Shown here: in pieces, positions 1 to 9,471 of the stretch | Position numbering within the stretch: the stretch's first letter is position 1 | Layout: every line of letters starts with the position of its first letter | Assembly: GCA_963758495.1 (NCBI GenBank) | Contig: CAVWVI010000003.1 | Location: forward strand, 1,344,001-1,408,000 | DNA from: Oligoflexia bacterium | GTDB taxonomy: Bacteria > Bdellovibrionota > UBA1018 | Reading direction: 5' to 3' | Length of the DNA stretch: 64,000 nt | Position numbers and translations under genes: made by a program | The notes under the pieces: generated by a model | Told to the model about the DNA's origin: nothing | Database searches by the model: none | What the model saw: the letters and a program-made list of their open reading frames with translations, nothing else

Positions 1-30
1 AAGTCGTCTAGGAACTGAAATGACTTTCAT
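1..30 (-). CDS. Possible 5' end of a gene running off the window (MKVISVPRRL...)
   Basis: ATG at 30-28 with an open frame to the window edge, divergent from anmK; too short to assign. Confidence 0.3.
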   Translation of the reverse strand, partial: MKVISVPRRL

Positions 31-92
31 GAATATAATTTAACATCAATTAGCCTACATAATTCCAAAAAAGGGCGATAATCTAGAAACTC

Positions 93-1262
93 ATGACAGA
101 ACCCAATTTAAATATCTTAGGCGTAATGACAGGTACTTCTTGCGATGGACTCGATGCAGCTTGTATTGAAATCAATCCAAATGGCTGGACTCCGCTCTGG
201 TCTGCGTCGCTTCCTTATCCTCCAGCACTTAGGAAATCCGTCCTTGCTTTTCAAGTGCCTGGCTCACTTCATTCGACCCGAAGCTGGCTTGAACTCCATC
301 GAGACTTAGGAGACTGGTACGGTACTAATTTGAGAAAATTAATCAGGAAACAAAAGCAGGCCCCTGATGTCATTGCAAACCATGGCCAAACAGTGGGGCA
401 TTTTCCAGAAAAAGCATTTAAAGGAACCACTCTCCAATTAGGAGACGGGGCGCGTATCGCGACCCAAACAGGGCTCACTGTTGTTTCTCGTTTTAGAGAG
501 GGGGACATGGCTGCAGGTGGCCAAGGAGCACCTTTAGTTCCTCTTTTCCATCAAATGCTGGCCCTGCCACTCAATGAAAATAAACCGGGAATTGCATTTC
601 ATAATATCGGAGGCATCAGTAATTTGACGTATCTTGGACCACAAGGGAAGATCTTAGCCTTTGATACGGGACCAGGAAATATGTGGATTGATGCAGCAGT
701 CCAAAAAATCACAAATGGAAAGATGAAATTTGATCGAGAAGGTAAACTTGCATCCCAAGGAAAAGTCGATCTGCCAGCACTCAGGGCGATTTTAGAACAT
801 CCTTTTTTCTCCAAAACTGCTCCTAAATCTACGGGTCGAGATGATTTTCCAAGCTCCTCCTTTTTTTCTCAGACTCGTGTCAAAGGACTGTCACTGGTCG
901 CCACGGCAACCGCTGTCACGGTAGAATCAATCGCGCAAGCTTATGAAGTTTCCATTATTCGTAAGCGGCTCCCTTTGAAAACGATCCTGCTCTGTGGAGG
1001 CGGTGCGAAAAACAAGTTTCTATTAGAGCAATTGAAAACTCGACTCCCCCAGGTCACCATTGCCACCCTGAGCGAACGTGGCTTTGATTCACAATTCATT
1101 GAGGCTCAAGCCTTCGCTGTCTTTGGCTTTCTGTCTTTAATGGGGATTCCTTTGGGAGGTGAATGGACAGGCGCTCAGACTTATGCCCCCCCTGGACAGA
1201 TTATTCCTGGTAAAAACTGGACTCCACTGGTCCTGAAGCTTCATCATTTTCTAAAAGACTAG
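93..1262 (+). CDS. anmK: Anhydro-N-acetylmuramic acid kinase
   Basis: Motifs GVMTGTSCDGLD, HGQTV, DMAAGGQGAPLVP, NIGGISN, FDTGPGN, PKSTGR. Confidence 0.95.
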   Translation: MTEPNLNILGVMTGTSCDGLDAACIEINPNGWTPLWSASLPYPPALRKSVLAFQVPGSLHSTRSWLELHRDLGDWYGTNLRKLIRKQKQAPDVIANHGQTVGHFPEKAFKGTTLQLGDGARIATQTGLTVVSRFREGDMAAGGQGAPLVPLFHQMLALPLNENKPGIAFHNIGGISNLTYLGPQGKILAFDTGPGNMWIDAAVQKITNGKMKFDREGKLASQGKVDLPALRAILEHPFFSKTAPKSTGRDDFPSSSFFSQTRVKGLSLVATATAVTVESIAQAYEVSIIRKRLPLKTILLCGGGAKNKFLLEQLKTRLPQVTIATLSERGFDSQFIEAQAFAVFGFLSLMGIPLGGEWTGAQTYAPPGQIIPGKNWTPLVLKLHHFLKD

Positions 1263-1284
1263 TCTATTTAACCGTGAGTTAAAC

Positions 1285-2310
1285 TTAAATACTCATCCAC
1301 TTTCCACCATAGCCTATGCCTTGCTCAAATGCATGTCGTCCAGGGATCGCTCCATAGAGGACGGCCCGAGGGCCTAGTATTTGGGGTGTCGGTACTGGAT
1401 TGAATTCGCCATCTTGGCTTCCATCCCAATATCCGGGTGCCACCCACTTAAAGTTTCCCTGAGCCCGTGGCGAATGAGACGAACGACGTGAAATCCAAAG
1501 CCGTTCGCTGATTCGTAAATTGAACTCCTGGAATCTTTTCTTCCACTGTAAGGCAAACTGATTAGGGAAATAGTCGCTCTCCAAATGATCCAGGATGGAT
1601 AAATGGGTGCCTAACCATAGAGAAGGTGAACCTATATCAAACCAAGATCCCGAACTAAAAAAAACCCCTGCACGTCTTTCACGAATGGCTGGCTCAAGAA
1701 TGGTGGGCACAAATTCGGCAGGGCCATCCTTGGGAACATGAGAAAGGGCGTCCGGCTCTAAAATAGCCGCTCCTACGAAAAATGGACGACCTTCTGCAAG
1801 AGCACCTATGCCCGTAATCAATCCTGCTTGAGAATCAAAAATAATTTCGCGATAAGAACCGCCGGGTGGCCCTGCTCCAAATACCGCCAATGTTAAATGA
1901 ACCCCCCATCTCGCTCGAAGTTTCTGATGACAATCAGAGAGGGCCTTATAATCTACATCACAAAGCACATCGGAGTTAGCTAAGAAAAATGACTTCCCTC
2001 TAAAATGAGTTAAAGCCTTACGGATTCCACCTGCACTCCCCAGTAGACCCTGAGACTCATCGCTGATCTTCAGTGTGGCTTGCCCAGACTCCAAAGCCAA
2101 CAGTCCGGCACGGGTTCGAGCAGCATCATGATGAATATTGGCCACAATCGTTTGCACCCCAGAACTCAACAATGAATCCAAGGTAAATTGAGCCACGGGT
2201 ATACCGAGCAAAGGTAAGAGTGCTTTCGTAGTAACATCGGTAAAAGGACGCAACCGCGTCCCTAAGCCCGCTGCCATCAACATCGCCTGAGACGTAAATA
2301 CACTTTCCAT
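1285..2310 (-). CDS. murU: Nucleotidyltransferase, MurU-like (MurNAc-alpha-1-phosphate uridylyltransferase)
   Basis: AMLMAAGLGTRLRPFT...K motif, GSAGG, W-DIGS; directly downstream of amgK. Confidence 0.75.
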   Translation of the reverse strand: MESVFTSQAMLMAAGLGTRLRPFTDVTTKALLPLLGIPVAQFTLDSLLSSGVQTIVANIHHDAARTRAGLLALESGQATLKISDESQGLLGSAGGIRKALTHFRGKSFFLANSDVLCDVDYKALSDCHQKLRARWGVHLTLAVFGAGPPGGSYREIIFDSQAGLITGIGALAEGRPFFVGAAILEPDALSHVPKDGPAEFVPTILEPAIRERRAGVFFSSGSWFDIGSPSLWLGTHLSILDHLESDYFPNQFALQWKKRFQEFNLRISERLWISRRSSHSPRAQGNFKWVAPGYWDGSQDGEFNPVPTPQILGPRAVLYGAIPGRHAFEQGIGYGGKWMSI

Positions 2311-2319
2311 AGAAATGAC

Positions 2320-3426
2320 TTAGAAATAATAATAATTAAATAAAATTTCTCGAAGTTTGGAATATTGAGGATATTTTAGAAGGGTTTTCCGAATATTTTC
2401 AAACGTATTACCAATGTATTTCAAATAGGTGGGATCCCCCCTACGGGTCATAAATGATGCAAAACTCCCAATTGCCTTGAAATTTCTTTGCACTGACATT
2501 AAGTCAAAAATCATTGTAAAATGAGGCTTGTCTATCGAGATTCCTGCCATTGCCTCATATTTTGCAATGTAGTAATCCTTTAAAATCGTGATTTGAGATT
2601 CTTCCAGTTGATAGTAGCTGTCTTTTAAAAGTGAAGCTAAATCATATTGCGGAGGACCCATTCTTGCGTCTTGAAAATCAATCATCACTAAACGCTCGCC
2701 CCGTTCGTTATCACCTAGATTAGGACCTTTATTTCGATCTTCATCGCACTGCGTTATCATAATATTACGACTGTGAAAGTCCCGATGAGTGAGCACTCGG
2801 GGCTGCTCCGCCAGAAGAGTGCAAATACCACTTAAACCCTCTGTTAAAATTCTATGATCTGGGTCAGTAATCTTGCGTTTTAAATAGCCTTCATAAAAAT
2901 TCTCGATCGTAAAATTCATTTCCCACATTAATTTTTCATGATCAAAATTCAAAGAAAACGCCTGAAGTTCAGACGCGGAGGTCTTCTTGAGTACCTCCTG
3001 GGATACAACTTGAAGCTGCACTAATGAATCAATGGCGCGCTCGTAAAGGTGCCGCTCAATATCTGGGGTACGTACGTCCTGTAATTTTTTAAGAAGTGTA
3101 ACGTCTCCTAAATCTTCCAGAAGAATAAACCCTCTACCTGGATCCACATCAATCACTGCCGGAACATCAACACCGGAAGCCGCTAAGAATTTCTGAACAT
3201 CCAAAAACGAAGTGCTCCCATTGGGTTTGGAAAAGGGTTCCATTCGCATCACAATATGATTCCCCATATCGGATATGACGCGGTAATATCTTCTTGTACT
3301 TGCATCGCCCGGCAGACGGACTACGGAATGAATGGTTCTTGATTTTTTAATCCAACTTGAAATTTCTTCATCACCGAGTATGAGCTGATCCATCATTTGC
3401 AGTAACTCCATTATGATTTCGTTCAC
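2320..3426 (-). CDS. amgK: Anomeric MurNAc/GlcNAc kinase (APH/phosphotransferase family)
   Basis: GDASTRRYYR, LEDLGD, HRDFHSRNIM, IDFQDARMGP, YDLASLL, QRNFKAIG. Confidence 0.88.
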   Translation of the reverse strand: MNEIIMELLQMMDQLILGDEEISSWIKKSRTIHSVVRLPGDASTRRYYRVISDMGNHIVMRMEPFSKPNGSTSFLDVQKFLAASGVDVPAVIDVDPGRGFILLEDLGDVTLLKKLQDVRTPDIERHLYERAIDSLVQLQVVSQEVLKKTSASELQAFSLNFDHEKLMWEMNFTIENFYEGYLKRKITDPDHRILTEGLSGICTLLAEQPRVLTHRDFHSRNIMITQCDEDRNKGPNLGDNERGERLVMIDFQDARMGPPQYDLASLLKDSYYQLEESQITILKDYYIAKYEAMAGISIDKPHFTMIFDLMSVQRNFKAIGSFASFMTRRGDPTYLKYIGNTFENIRKTLLKYPQYSKLREILFNYYYF

Positions 3427-4271
3427 AGGTTTTTTATTCTCTTTCGAATGAGCAAAAACTCCTCAGACCTCACAATGGGATTACGCAAAGGGGCGTAAAT
3501 AGCAATCTCCTGTCGTGTATGGTCTATCAATCTATTAATTGTACCTAATTCATATGGAGAGTAACTTGGATTTTCTTGAAATCGATTATAAAGCGATATA
3601 AGACCCCGTGCATCATAACCAGCTCGGTATAAAAGTCCTACTGCCGTTTGCATGGTTGAAATTTCTGCTTCTTCTGAAAATGAGAAAAGCCCTTTAGGTC
3701 CAAAATAATCTACATTTTTAAATACTTCGCTGTGATCTTCATGTACCTGATCCCGATGTGAGTCGTCCTGCGCTGTCTTTATATTTTTGGAATTTTTAGA
3801 ATTTTGGGCAGCTTTGGAATTTTGGGAGCTTTGGCTGAGTCGTGCTATGAGAGGCTGATTCAACAGATGGCCGAATTGAATAGCCATTTCAGCGGCGATT
3901 TCATTTTCAAACTGAAGCGTCCGAAGTAAACTCACGGACAAATAAATCCTGTTTCCCGGCAGGCTGTAACTCTTCCATTTGGTTTTTTTATCTTGAATGA
4001 GCGAAACGATTGCACGAGATCCCTGTAATCCAGGAGTTCCATCTACTAAAGTTTGCGCGATTTTACGAAGATACCCCAACACTTTCAGATCTCGCTTAAA
4101 CTTCAGCTTGGACTCCATTTTCTGGATGAGCTGCAGCTCCATGACGTGATCTCGTTTCACCATTTCTGCATGAGTAACCTGGTTATGCGGGGGTGCAACA
4201 CTGGCACAGCCAGAAAAAATCAATGAAACAGTCAAAATTCTTGCTGCTAAAAACCAAAGTTTGGATTGCAT
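3423..4271 (-). CDS. Peptidase M48-like lipoprotein, zinc motif degenerate
   Basis: Lipobox FSGC; SLPGNRIYLS, ENEIAA and RAGYD segments match M48 layout; HExxH replaced by IQFGH. Confidence 0.65.
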   Translation of the reverse strand: MQSKLWFLAARILTVSLIFSGCASVAPPHNQVTHAEMVKRDHVMELQLIQKMESKLKFKRDLKVLGYLRKIAQTLVDGTPGLQGSRAIVSLIQDKKTKWKSYSLPGNRIYLSVSLLRTLQFENEIAAEMAIQFGHLLNQPLIARLSQSSQNSKAAQNSKNSKNIKTAQDDSHRDQVHEDHSEVFKNVDYFGPKGLFSFSEEAEISTMQTAVGLLYRAGYDARGLISLYNRFQENPSYSPYELGTINRLIDHTRQEIAIYAPLRNPIVRSEEFLLIRKRIKNL

Positions 4272-4315
4272 CCAGGGACGATAACCTAGACGAGTCTTTT
4301 GATAATACTAAATTT

Positions 4316-4954
4316 CTAATGAATTCGTCGCGTCAAGAGGTTAGCGCTGGGGTCGAGATCTTCAAAATCTTCTATTTCATTTGAGGCCTCAAAAGCATCA
4401 TTCAGGTGATCTCTATATTCTTTCGCTCGTCTTATTCGACTTTCCTGTTCAGTCAGACTGCCGCCGCTTCTCAACCTTTCCATGCTTGAATTCCATGCTT
4501 CCATAGTGTTCTTAATTGCATCTAAACTATCCAATTGCCTAAAATAGTTTGCTAGGGACTTCATTTCTATCTTTTCGCATACGCCTAATGGAACACCATT
4601 CATATAGATCTTATCCAGCACTTCAATCATATCCTTGATTCCAATTCTCATGTCAGGATATCGATGCTCAAGCTTTGAATAAAATTTATCTAATATTTTC
4701 TTGCTTTCCTTTACCTTCACGCCTTGCTGAAAGTTGTGTGCTGCTTTCAATCGATTGGCATCGTTGAGCAATCGAAGGGCTGCATCCCGATCGGCTTCAT
4801 GCAATAATGCACAGATCTGGCCTGCGACGGGCACCATATACATCCCTAGCCACGGCCGTGCTGTCACACGTAAATAATGAGCGCAGCTATCTTTTCCTGC
4901 AAAGCTCGGAGACGAAGTTAGTAGCACAATAATACAAACGAAGAGTATTCTCAT
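4316..4954 (-). CDS. Secreted hypothetical protein
   Basis: ATG at 4954 after GAGGG RBS; signal peptide MRILFVCIIVLLTSSPSFA; ORF track extends to 4984. Confidence 0.7.
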   Translation of the reverse strand: MRILFVCIIVLLTSSPSFAGKDSCAHYLRVTARPWLGMYMVPVAGQICALLHEADRDAALRLLNDANRLKAAHNFQQGVKVKESKKILDKFYSKLEHRYPDMRIGIKDMIEVLDKIYMNGVPLGVCEKIEMKSLANYFRQLDSLDAIKNTMEAWNSSMERLRSGGSLTEQESRIRRAKEYRDHLNDAFEASNEIEDFEDLDPSANLLTRRIH

Positions 4955-5025
4955 GGTTCCCTCTTCATGATTCCTACATGGCACACTGAATTATTGTCAA
5001 TTAAGGAATTAATGCTTTGGGTCAA

Positions 5026-7225
5026 TAGATCAATCTTCTCGTATTCACAGCTGATTAAATTCATAATTAATCCATATGAGAACCAAACTTGTGGTGTCAG
5101 GTTGGATTTTACTCTTATCCATTCCTTTTTTTTCTTCCGTTTGGGCTGGGCCAGGGTCAGACTCCATTCAACTTCCCTCTCTCAAGACAGATGGGGAGAA
5201 ACTCGCTTTCCTGATTGAGATCAAACAGAAGATTCCCAAGCTTTTTGGCGATGCAGCAAAGTACGACATCGATCTTTTCTCATTGCTTGACGATGAGACA
5301 CAGTTATTAGAAAGGTTGAAATCGAATCCCAAATACCTTCATGCATTCGAGAATAAATCCTATGACGAAATTACCGTAACCCCTCCTCCGGGAGGTTTGG
5401 AGGTGGGCACTCGAAAGATCAAGCGAGAGGCCATCCAGCAATGGAAGAGCCAGCTCAATCAAACACTCCAAAATGTCGAAAGAGGAGGTCCCTCTCCTCA
5501 AAAAGCAGTGAGTTCTCAGATCAATGGAATTGTCGAGAGCTTGGAAGATTCTGGGGACTTTTCGAATCTCTCAGGTAAGAAATTCGGTCGTCTTTTAGCA
5601 GAGTTTGGGAGGGAAAAACAAAACCAGGCACTCTTTAATGAAAAAATTGGAAAAGCTAAAGACTTGGATCTGAAAGGCAGGCTGGCTTTGGCGCTAGAGC
5701 TCTATGATCAGTTTCCAGTCAAGCCTCATGCCGTTACAAAAGAACATCTGGAACGCGCGATCCAATCTTTGTCCGAGGTTGAAAAGCTGATCTCCTTGTC
5801 TGCCTTACAAGTGGTTCTTCACCGTCCTGGACAAGCAGAGCATGCAGATGAAATACCCTGGGAATCTTGGAAGGCCGCCGAGGATTCTTTGAATCAACTG
5901 AATGGACAGGACCTTGAGTTTTTTCTGGATAAACAAGATGCCTTAGCTCCTTTGGTGAGGAGTTCAATCTCTCATCAAGTTCCTGCGATGAGTGCACTTG
6001 AACCCCAATTGATTGAGGCTATTTTCGAAGGTATTGAATTTTATGCTCAGCAGACCGAGGGAGAATTGCAAAGGGCAACTGAGAAAATTCGGCTGACTCA
6101 GGTTCCTCCAGCGGTAGGAATCTTTCGGGGATGCACGGGTGGAGATTGCTCTTCACGGTATTCTTTTCCCTATCCCAATGATCCTCACGAGCGAGTGTTT
6201 TTTATTTACGATTCAGAGGACCAACTCAAAGGCTATGTGAGTAGTACGGAAGTGAGGGTTCAGGGCGAGCCCTCTCTCTATATCATTACGATAAGCGGAA
6301 ATCGGGTGAATGCAGCGGATACGGAATTAGTTTTAAGAGCTTTGGAGCGGGCAAAAGATCAGCTGGGTGTAAAAAATATTCTACTTCCAGAGCCCTCTAA
6401 AGTCGCCGGTTTAATTAATTTCTCAGAAATTCGGGGAGTTTATGAAATGTACACTCAACAGAAGCCTCTCCTCCCCATCCAATATCAGGCGCCTGCCCTC
6501 AGGAAAATCATCGAAAGGTATGAAAATCAGTTGAATAGTGGCCAGTATGATCACATGAAAAACAATCGGCACGGAGTGGTTTTAAAATTCTCGGATCAGA
6601 AGTCAAGTCAGTTGTCTGTCCAACATGAAAGACTTTCCGATACACGAATTCTTTCCAAGTCATTAAGTGAGATTCAAAATTCGGATATTGTGGAGTTTCT
6701 GTTGGATCTGAACAAGTCAGGACGGAGCGAGATCGTGCAGAAAGTGACTCAAATTCAAGAAGTCCGATCGAAGATCAATCTGAAACATTTTATTAAATTG
6801 ACTGATGATTTGTTGAAGAAATGCTCGGAAAAAGCAGGCAGTCCTCTGAGCGTACAGACTTACCGACACCAAGTTCAGACTTTGTTCTCTGAATTAGGAA
6901 TGGATTCAAACTACCTGGAAAATCATCTCGCTCTCCTCTATCCTGGCATTGTTCATTGTCAGGACCCCTATTCGGATCAAAATATTAATTTGACTGCAAA
7001 TTTCATTATCAAGGATATCAAGGAAACTGACAGGCTTTATCCACAAGGGATAAATTTGTCCGCCCTGAAAGACTCAGATAAAAAAGCCATTTCACAGAGC
7101 GCTCCGTTTTTGAAGTATTATAATCAATTATCGCAACAGATCAGCGATCCGAGTTTTAAACTTTCTGAAAACGTTGTACGAGCTTTTGGAGCATTGCTCA
7201 GGTTGGGTGATCTCAAGATAAAAGA
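5026..7225 (+). repeat. Left arm of ~2.2-kb inverted duplication (partner ~10066-12310)
   Basis: Near-identical reverse complement including ~50 bp upstream of both ATGs; proteins align with two short indels; right boundary approximate. Confidence 0.92.
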
Positions 7226-8405
7226 TGTGGCAATTATTCATACACTGACTGAGCGGTTGAAGGACAAGGACTCTGATTCCAAGGCTCGAGAAGAATCTGC
7301 AAGGATGTTGGGAATTCTCAAGCCCAGTAATCCTGCGATAGCGCATGCACTGGCTGAACATCTGAAAGATCCTGATGACAGTGTGAGATATGAAGTGATG
7401 GAGGCGTTGGGAGAGATTAAGCCGAGTGATCCATATTTTTATCATAAACTAATTGAACATTTGAAGGACAAGGATGCTGATTCCGCGGTTCGAGAGGAAG
7501 CTGTAAGGGCGTTGGGAATTCTCAAGCCAAGTGATCCAACGATAGCGCATGCACTGGCTGAACATCTGAAAGATCCTGATGCCAGAGTTAGATATGCAGT
7601 TATAGATGCGTTGGGAGAGATCAAGCCGAGTGATCCTGCGATAGCACATGCACTGGCTGAACATCTGAGCAATCCTAATGCCAGTGTTAGATATGCAGTA
7701 ATAGATGCGTTAGGAGAGATCAAGCCGAGTGATGCGTCGATAGTTTGTGCACTTGTTGAACTTCTAAAAACCGCTCCCTACCCCTCTTCAGATGCAGCTG
7801 GAAAAGCGCTAATAAAAATTAGACCGAGCGATCCACTGGCTCTTTTTGCTCTAGTGGAGCTACTGAGGTCTGAAAATTTTTATATCTCAACACTTGCTGC
7901 AAAAACACTAGGAGAGATTAAGCCAAATGACCTTGGAGTCAATCAAGCTTTGGCCAAACTTTTGAAGGAAAAACCCATTGGTATTCGCATTTATGCTGCC
8001 TATGTGTTGGCAAAGATTAATCCCACTGATTCAGTGATTCATCAAGCTTTAAGTGACCCGGAAATCTATTTAGCTCTAATTGAAACTGTACAGAAGAATC
8101 AACCGACTCATAGTAAATACTTTGCTAGCAATGTCTTGACCCAGCTTGAAGCAGAGCCAACGGTTCGAAAAGCAATCCTAGGTAATCTGATATTTGAGTT
8201 TCACAAGGCCAACACGGTAAAAAGGACGAAAATTTTGACCGCTGTGCAACGTCTTCATAATGTGGATCCTACGTTATTGGAAGACTTTTCCCAGGAAGCT
8301 AAAAGAACCGTCGAAGCGTGTAAAACGTCAAATCATAATTTAGAGGAGTGCCAGTCCCTTGAAGTATTAAGCGATATTACGCACAAACTCGGCCATGTCA
8401 GGTAG
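5076..8405 (+). CDS. Secreted HEAT/PBS-lyase repeat protein, copy A (1109 aa)
   Basis: Signal peptide ending SSVWA; C-terminal ~32-aa repeats LKDPD..VRY.V..ALGEIKPSDP. Confidence 0.88.
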   Translation: MRTKLVVSGWILLLSIPFFSSVWAGPGSDSIQLPSLKTDGEKLAFLIEIKQKIPKLFGDAAKYDIDLFSLLDDETQLLERLKSNPKYLHAFENKSYDEITVTPPPGGLEVGTRKIKREAIQQWKSQLNQTLQNVERGGPSPQKAVSSQINGIVESLEDSGDFSNLSGKKFGRLLAEFGREKQNQALFNEKIGKAKDLDLKGRLALALELYDQFPVKPHAVTKEHLERAIQSLSEVEKLISLSALQVVLHRPGQAEHADEIPWESWKAAEDSLNQLNGQDLEFFLDKQDALAPLVRSSISHQVPAMSALEPQLIEAIFEGIEFYAQQTEGELQRATEKIRLTQVPPAVGIFRGCTGGDCSSRYSFPYPNDPHERVFFIYDSEDQLKGYVSSTEVRVQGEPSLYIITISGNRVNAADTELVLRALERAKDQLGVKNILLPEPSKVAGLINFSEIRGVYEMYTQQKPLLPIQYQAPALRKIIERYENQLNSGQYDHMKNNRHGVVLKFSDQKSSQLSVQHERLSDTRILSKSLSEIQNSDIVEFLLDLNKSGRSEIVQKVTQIQEVRSKINLKHFIKLTDDLLKKCSEKAGSPLSVQTYRHQVQTLFSELGMDSNYLENHLALLYPGIVHCQDPYSDQNINLTANFIIKDIKETDRLYPQGINLSALKDSDKKAISQSAPFLKYYNQLSQQISDPSFKLSENVVRAFGALLRLGDLKIKDVAIIHTLTERLKDKDSDSKAREESARMLGILKPSNPAIAHALAEHLKDPDDSVRYEVMEALGEIKPSDPYFYHKLIEHLKDKDADSAVREEAVRALGILKPSDPTIAHALAEHLKDPDARVRYAVIDALGEIKPSDPAIAHALAEHLSNPNASVRYAVIDALGEIKPSDASIVCALVELLKTAPYPSSDAAGKALIKIRPSDPLALFALVELLRSENFYISTLAAKTLGEIKPNDLGVNQALAKLLKEKPIGIRIYAAYVLAKINPTDSVIHQALSDPEIYLALIETVQKNQPTHSKYFASNVLTQLEAEPTVRKAILGNLIFEFHKANTVKRTKILTAVQRLHNVDPTLLEDFSQEAKRTVEACKTSNHNLEECQSLEVLSDITHKLGHVR
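7240..7760 (+). repeat. Intragenic tandem repeats (~96-102 bp units) encoding HEAT repeats of copy A
   Basis: Recurrent gcgcatgcactggctgaacatctgaaagatcctgat and ttgggagagat(t/c)aagccgagtgat blocks. Confidence 0.85.
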
Positions 8406-8532
8406 CACCCCTGTTTGATTAACCAGTTTATAGACACCGTGACACAACCTGCAATAACAAATCTTTAAGGTTTCCCTCTGCCTAGTCCGAGAAGAAGTCT
8501 AAGAACTTGATTTTTCTCGGAGGATAGATGCT

Positions 8533-9471
8533 ATGAGTGTGTGTCTTTATCGCTTTATGATTATTCTGAGTATGACGTTTTTACTTGGTGCATGTTCTCA
8601 TTCGAAAAAAACTGACGAGAAAACTGACGAAATTCCCGCATCTACCGAGCTCCCCGCGGATGGACCTCTTGATGCGGGTACTGACGCTGTGCCTCAGGTC
8701 AAAGCTGAAAATTCTGCAATCGCAAGCTTAGAACAACCACCTGCACCCCTTGCGTCATCTACGCCTCCTCCCCCGACAATGGAAGCCAATGAAAAGGCTC
8801 ACGAAGCCACGGCACCGTCACTCGACTCTTCTGCTCATTCCACAACCACAGCCACAACCACAGCGTCTGCAACTGATTCAGCCACAAACTCAGAAATGAG
8901 TGGAGAAGTTGAAAACTATACGATGCAAGATGGCGATACTTTGATGAAGATTGCTTACGAAACTTATGGGGACATCTATAAGTGGAAAGATATTTATGAG
9001 GCAAATAAGGATAAAGTTCCAGATCCCAATAAAGTTCCAAAAGGGACAGTTTTGAAAGTCAATAAGCCCTCAAATGCAGTTGCCATTAACCGAAATGGTG
9101 AAAAATACCTGATTCAAAAAGGAGATACATTGGGGAAAATTTCCAATTCAGTCTATGGGACTGAGTCTAAATGGAAGAAAATTTGGGATAATAATAAGCA
9201 ATTGATTCATGATCCCAATAAAATTTTTGCTGGATTTTATTTATACTACCTGACAGATGAATCCAAAAAGGCGCCTGCTGAAAATCTCATTTCTCCTCGA
9301 GTTCCTGCCGCTCAATCTAATACCCCTCAATCTAATGTGAGTGATCAAACCAGGCAAACCACTCTTCCTTCACATACAAATACAAACTTAAACGGAAATG
9401 TAGATGCACTATCCAATTCAGTAAATGCACTCAATGCTCCGCCAAACCTGGGAGAACCCCCTCGGCCTTAA
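8533..9471 (+). CDS. LysM-domain lipoprotein (two LysM domains)
   Basis: Lipobox LGAC; YTMQDGDTLMKIA..YG..W..IYEAN and YLIQKGDTLGKIS..YG..W..IWDNN; GGAGG RBS. Confidence 0.9.
   Translation: MSVCLYRFMIILSMTFLLGACSHSKKTDEKTDEIPASTELPADGPLDAGTDAVPQVKAENSAIASLEQPPAPLASSTPPPPTMEANEKAHEATAPSLDSSAHSTTTATTTASATDSATNSEMSGEVENYTMQDGDTLMKIAYETYGDIYKWKDIYEANKDKVPDPNKVPKGTVLKVNKPSNAVAINRNGEKYLIQKGDTLGKISNSVYGTESKWKKIWDNNKQLIHDPNKIFAGFYLYYLTDESKKAPAENLISPRVPAAQSNTPQSNVSDQTRQTTLPSHTNTNLNGNVDALSNSVNALNAPPNLGEPPRP

Noticed and set aside
8466..8493. Sigma28 promoter for the LysM gene (TAAG-N16-TCCGAGAA)
   Set aside because: Spacing is off by one and there are several mismatches; possible but unsupported
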